From the NCBI GenBank assembly GCA_038874135.1, contig JAVZCZ010000001.1, positions 751,219-815,218 of the forward strand: DNA of 64,000 bases. Direction: 5' to 3'. How positions within the stretch are numbered: the stretch's first letter is position 1; each line of letters starts with the position of its first letter. Positions 63,766-64,000 of this stretch are shown here, in pieces. The notes under the pieces were generated by a model. It worked only from the letters and a program-made list of their open reading frames with translations. It did no database searches and was not told the DNA's origin. Source of the stretch: Candidatus Woesearchaeota archaeon. GTDB taxonomy: Archaea; Nanobdellota; Nanobdellia; Woesearchaeales; 0-14-0-80-44-23. The position numbers and the translations under genes were made by a program.

Positions 63766-64000
63766 TTACAAAATTTCAGAGCAGAGCCATCTGTAATATT
63801 CTTTATTTGCCTCAGCTTCCATTTTGAGAATGCAGGGAACATCGTATGGGTGAACCTTTTCAATTTCTCTTTTGACACTATTAAAATTGCTGGCTCTTGT
63901 TTTTAATATCAGTGCATATTCCCTTGCGCGCTCAACTCTTCCATTCCACTTATAGATACTGTCTATTCTGAACATATTTGCGCAGGCGACCAGCTTCTTA
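63766..64000 (-). CDS. cutA: CutA1 divalent-cation tolerance protein, 5'-truncated by the window edge.
   Basis: 'SIYKWNGRVERAREYALILKT' and 'HPYDVPCI' are CutA motifs. The frame stays open to nt 64000 (..KKLVACANMF..). Confidence 0.75.
   Translation of the reverse strand, partial: KKLVACANMFRIDSIYKWNGRVERAREYALILKTRASNFNSVKREIEKVHPYDVPCILKMEAEANKEYYRWLCSEIL

Noticed and set aside
63206-63796. A 196-aa ORF antisense to infB, and many similar 60-130-aa ORFs nested inside larger genes (e.g. 957..1259, 9296..9559, 28683..28988, 42916..43317, 54469..54828).
   Set aside because: They lie entirely inside, or antisense to, well-supported conserved genes. They have no motifs and atypical composition, so I treat them as non-coding.
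1-64000. I searched the window for CRISPR arrays, rRNA genes, integrases and prophage modules.
   Set aside because: I saw no regularly spaced direct repeats, no rRNA-like sequence, and no integrase or capsid-like ORFs among the translated ORFs.

Overview
This is an archaeal chromosomal window. The evidence is aIF5B, ribosomal protein L10e, a NOG1-type GTPase, archaeal-type AMP phosphorylase, an intron-containing tRNA, TATA-box/leaderless promoters and GGAGGTGAT-type Shine-Dalgarno sites. Low GC, giant surface proteins and sparse metabolism suggest a DPANN-like small-genome archaeon, but that is inference only.

Nt 1 to ~38,000 is an accessory cell-surface locus. It holds one off-window giant protein and two membrane-anchored HerA/FtsK-type ATPases with large extracellular domains. 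It also holds two paralogous giants of 2346 and 2612 aa built from tandem Ig-like modules, CARDB domains, a propeller-like repeat region and a DUF2341-like region. Around these sit a family of shuffled secreted paralogs and three small ribbon-helix-helix (RHH) regulators. Many junctions are ATGA start/stop overlaps.

Nt ~41,000 to 64,000 is ordinary housekeeping: NOG1, HNH, topA, L10e, a Lon-like protease, PLD, AMP phosphorylase, an AI-2E transporter, 4 tRNAs, CBS, NTase-HEPN, PHP, TraB, PRC-barrel, KsgA, DUF371, aIF5B and CutA.

The most unusual signal is two pairs of 100% identical, in-frame cassettes. One is 1156 bp and encodes the whole ATPase domain. The other is 656 bp and encodes four propeller blades. 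Their coding strand is strongly depleted in A and C, and their codons end almost exclusively in G or T. By my manual reading, 0 of ~377 and 0 of ~219 codons end in A. Both cassettes sit inside genes of otherwise normal composition. No annotated feature type explains this. No CRISPR array, rRNA, transposase or reverse transcriptase is visible in the window.
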